Of a stretch of 64,000 nucleotides of DNA, positions 61,237-64,000 are shown piece by piece (within the stretch, counting starts at the first letter, position 1; every line of letters begins with the position of its first letter). Under the pieces are notes generated by a model. It saw only the letters and a program-made list of their open reading frames with translations, searched no databases and was not told where the DNA came from. Source of the stretch: a virus. Lineage: Duplodnaviria; Caudoviricetes. Location: positions 64,001 through 128,000 of the IMG/VR virus record IMGVR_UViG_3300021387_000796, one strand, 5' to 3'. A program made the position numbers and the translations under genes.

Positions 61237-61270
61237 AATAACCTACTCTCATAAAAGAAAGTAGGTTATT
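61237..61270 (-). terminator. terminator, copy 1
   Basis: AATAACCTACT..AGTAGGTTATT with A tract on the + strand. Confidence 0.75.
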
Positions 61271-61341
61271 ATACCAATTATAGGTAATATTAAAATAATT
61301 ACCGAGAATTAGTCTAAATATTCATTAAAAATATTTTTTTA

Positions 61342-61644
61342 TTATTCTTCAGTCCAAATATCAAGTCTTCGTTTAAGAATATGCATAAGTTTCTTCTGCA
61401 CGATATACTGTTTTGCCAAAAGTTTCTTCTGTTCACCACTCAAAGAATTAAGCAATTTCTGATGTGCTTCCCAATTATCAGATTTAATTTTACCTAGCAG
61501 ATTGCCAAGTTTCTCATTTCTTTCTGTAAGTTCATCAAGTTCAATCTTTACTCTTTCTTTGGCGGTGGTTGTTTTTGAAGTTTCTTTAATTTCTTTATTG
61601 TTTTCTGTTTTCTTTTTAGCCATAACATTTATCTCCTTTTTCAA
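61342..61644 (-). CDS. crAss001_48-like helical hairpin protein
   Basis: ERVKIELDELTER..KL..LS.EQ..LL.KQ......ILKRRL. Confidence 0.55.
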   Translation of the reverse strand: MKKEINVMAKKKTENNKEIKETSKTTTAKERVKIELDELTERNEKLGNLLGKIKSDNWEAHQKLLNSLSGEQKKLLAKQYIVQKKLMHILKRRLDIWTEE

Positions 61645-61710
61645 AAAAAATTATGTATAAATTAAATATAATGTAGGAAAGAGGGGAATTCAATACCAAA
61701 ATGAAAAAAA

Positions 61711-61742
61711 AATAACCCACTCTCATAAGAAAGTAGGTTATT
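61711..61742 (-). terminator. terminator, copy 2
   Basis: Near-identical to 61237..61270. Confidence 0.7.
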
Positions 61743-61785
61743 AAATGTTATGTAACTTGATTAACTTTTTTAAGTAAGTTACAGA

Positions 61786-62316
61786 TTATTCGTGGTCAGA
61801 TATCCAAGATGAAATGTCAGAAATCATACTAACTAATTTTTTATTTTCCAACATCCATGAACTATAACCATCAAGCGCACTTACAATGTTACTTAAATCT
61901 TCTGTAATTTCTTCATCTTTTACAGATTTATTGATTTCATCTTCGAGATTTTCCAAGGCATTACGTGTGATTTCTGCGTCTTCTTTATCATTTTCATAAC
62001 TTGAATCTTCTTTATCAAGATTTTCTATGAATGATTCAACTTCTTCAATTCCATCTTTAATGAGTTTAGAATCGCATAAATCAGAAAGTTCATCCCAAGA
62101 AACCATACCAATATCCTTCTTTAATTGTTCACCGTCAAAACGAAGAATATCATTTAAGTGTGTAAGGTCAATTCCGTCATAGTAAACATCATCGATATAC
62201 TGTACAAAATTGTCATACATGTCAGCATCAATAATCTCTTCAAGTGTTTTTTCAGCACCACTCCACAACATTCCTTTCAAATCCCATTCGCTAGGGTCTT
62301 CTATAAAAATCTTCAT
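61786..62316 (-). CDS. highly acidic hypothetical protein
   Basis: WSGA..TL..LNDILRFD N-terminal domain; D/E-rich. Confidence 0.7.
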   Translation of the reverse strand: MKIFIEDPSEWDLKGMLWSGAEKTLEEIIDADMYDNFVQYIDDVYYDGIDLTHLNDILRFDGEQLKKDIGMVSWDELSDLCDSKLIKDGIEEVESFIENLDKEDSSYENDKEDAEITRNALENLEDEINKSVKDEEITEDLSNIVSALDGYSSWMLENKKLVSMISDISSWISDHE

Positions 62317-62350
62317 AATTATTATCTCCTATCGTTTTTAGTTTATATTA

Positions 62351-63019
62351 TTAGAACTGTTCAGTTACTTCTCTAATGGCGTCAGTGATGAACTCTTCCA
62401 AATCATCAACATCTTCTTGTAAAAGAACTGTATTAGGTTTGTAATTATTTACCAAAGCATGTCCATATTCGTCTTGTACTGTCATAGAAACTGTAAGTTC
62501 AATACCTTCATCGGTTTCTTCAAGTTCGCAAAAAACATCAGTGTACAAATCCATTCCATCCAAATCATTTTCATAATTGGAAAGTTCTTCAGCGATGTCT
62601 CTTGCACCCATATCATACAAATCATTATAATTCAACTTTTCATCATCTTTATCTGTGATTCCAAGTTCAATGAGTTCATCTTTATTTTCATCCCAAACTC
62701 TTTCTCTTGCATAATCAAGTTGTGAATCCATCATATCTTCACAAATTTTAGCAAGTTTCTTGTTACTTGGTGTATATCCGCTAGAATAAAAATATGTAGG
62801 AAGTGTAATGTAATCTATATCAACATCACCATTAGAAGTGATTCTTGCACGACCTTTATTGTCATAAGTAACGATACCATCAGAATAACCCAAATCAAAC
62901 AAATCAGAATGTGGGTCTTCCAAAATACTTACGATTGTATCTCTTACCAACTGTTCAAATCCTACTGTACGATATTCTTTTAATGATTTTTTATTTCCTT
63001 TCTTTGATTCCATAATCAT
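62351..63019 (-). CDS. acidic protein with N-terminal ESKK..KSLKE leader
   Basis: MIMESKKGNKKSLKEY. Confidence 0.7.
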   Translation of the reverse strand: MIMESKKGNKKSLKEYRTVGFEQLVRDTIVSILEDPHSDLFDLGYSDGIVTYDNKGRARITSNGDVDIDYITLPTYFYSSGYTPSNKKLAKICEDMMDSQLDYARERVWDENKDELIELGITDKDDEKLNYNDLYDMGARDIAEELSNYENDLDGMDLYTDVFCELEETDEGIELTVSMTVQDEYGHALVNNYKPNTVLLQEDVDDLEEFITDAIREVTEQF

Positions 63020-63044
63020 TATTTCCTCTATTTCCTTTTATTCG

Positions 63045-63911
63045 TTAAAAAGCATCAATCATTCTCTGAATCTGCTTTCTGAAATCCTTTTCGTTATCGG
63101 CAAGTTTTTCTCTTGCAACTTCTGTTGAACCAAGTCCGTTACCTAAATCAACATCAGCATAAACCAAAAGTTCCTTCAAATCGATTGTAAGTATGAAAAC
63201 AATTGGCTCATACTCATTCAAAACATCAAAGTATTTTTCATCGTCTCCATCAACATCTTCCCATACTTTATTAACTTCTTTATAATATTCGTTATCTACT
63301 TTTTTGTTGGTAAAAGAGTATCCTGTGTCAATTGGTACGGTGAAATCGGCGATAGCAGAAATTTCAATATATCTGTCTTCATCACGTGATTCATCATCCC
63401 AATGTGATGATTCACCAAACAATCCACCTCTTGAATACTTCCATTTCTCATCAAGAATATTCATAAGTTCTTCAAGTGGAATAGCACCTTCGTATTCAAA
63501 AGATTCTTTAATTGATTTCTTTTCTTCTTTCATAGATTCCTCAAACTTGTTAAAATATTCTTCAATGTTAGAACTAATCATTTTATATGAATAATCAATA
63601 TCATATTTTGCAAAGTGCCAACTTCCAAGATGGTCGTCTGTATATGATGCACCATCTGTATAATGTCTTGTAATGTCTGCCCATCCACCTTCATCAAATG
63701 TAAAGAACAATCTTACAGGAAAATCATTGTTTTCAGCCACAATATAACAGTTATCTTGACCATAATCAGCCTTAAACCACCAATCCTTCTTGAACTCTTT
63801 TGTAAGATATTCAACCATTTTCTTGAGATTAATATGAATCAAGAAATAAGCATATAAGTCATCAGACCAATCTTCATCTCTCGGTTCAACTTTCCAATCA
63901 TATTTTGCCAT
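63045..63911 (-). CDS. two-module acidic protein with EES..KKSIKES linker
   Basis: FEESMKEEKKSIKESF; AGGAG RBS favours start 63911. Confidence 0.7.
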   Translation of the reverse strand: MAKYDWKVEPRDEDWSDDLYAYFLIHINLKKMVEYLTKEFKKDWWFKADYGQDNCYIVAENNDFPVRLFFTFDEGGWADITRHYTDGASYTDDHLGSWHFAKYDIDYSYKMISSNIEEYFNKFEESMKEEKKSIKESFEYEGAIPLEELMNILDEKWKYSRGGLFGESSHWDDESRDEDRYIEISAIADFTVPIDTGYSFTNKKVDNEYYKEVNKVWEDVDGDDEKYFDVLNEYEPIVFILTIDLKELLVYADVDLGNGLGSTEVAREKLADNEKDFRKQIQRMIDAF

Positions 63912-64000
63912 AAATTTATCTCCTAAATTGATTTTTTTAGTTTTATACATTATATAGTTAAATAACTATTTTGTGAAGGAGAATTATCATAAATGTATTA

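Noticed and set aside
1-64000. Stop-codon reassignment as in some gut jumbo phages
   Set aside because: Conserved genes are full length in code 11, and TAG and TGA occur as true ends followed by RBSs

Overview
AT-rich, gene-dense, standard-code segment of a large (probably jumbo) tailed bacteriophage, most likely of an anaerobic host. It carries replication, recombination and nucleotide genes (SbcC/gp46-like ATPase, class III RNR nrdD/nrdG, ThyX, two DNA methyltransferases, a long eukaryote-style topoisomerase IB). It also has a fibre/receptor-binding gene block with an Mpi-like serine invertase, a run of four radical SAM and two glycosyltransferase genes, four free-standing endonucleases and many small hypothetical genes. 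Main observations: (1) nrdD is interrupted three ways: an Ala1 mini-intein at the catalytic Cys, a non-splicing endonuclease insertion that fractures it into two polypeptides with new helical tails, and an ORF-less group I intron the ORF track misses. (2) The topoisomerase IB is of the long eukaryote/archaeal type. (3) The radical SAM/glycosyltransferase cluster directly follows the fibre genes. (4) Several modular acidic proteins are joined by a recurring ESKKSxRKSIKE(S/A) linker, suggesting protease-processed capsid-internal polyproteins. (5) One HNH gene brought a recoded replacement C-terminus for its target gene. (6) There are two promoter classes: sigma70-like and a TAACTAT motif. No tRNA, rRNA or CRISPR array was seen. 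Family assignments come from motif recognition by eye; no searches were run.
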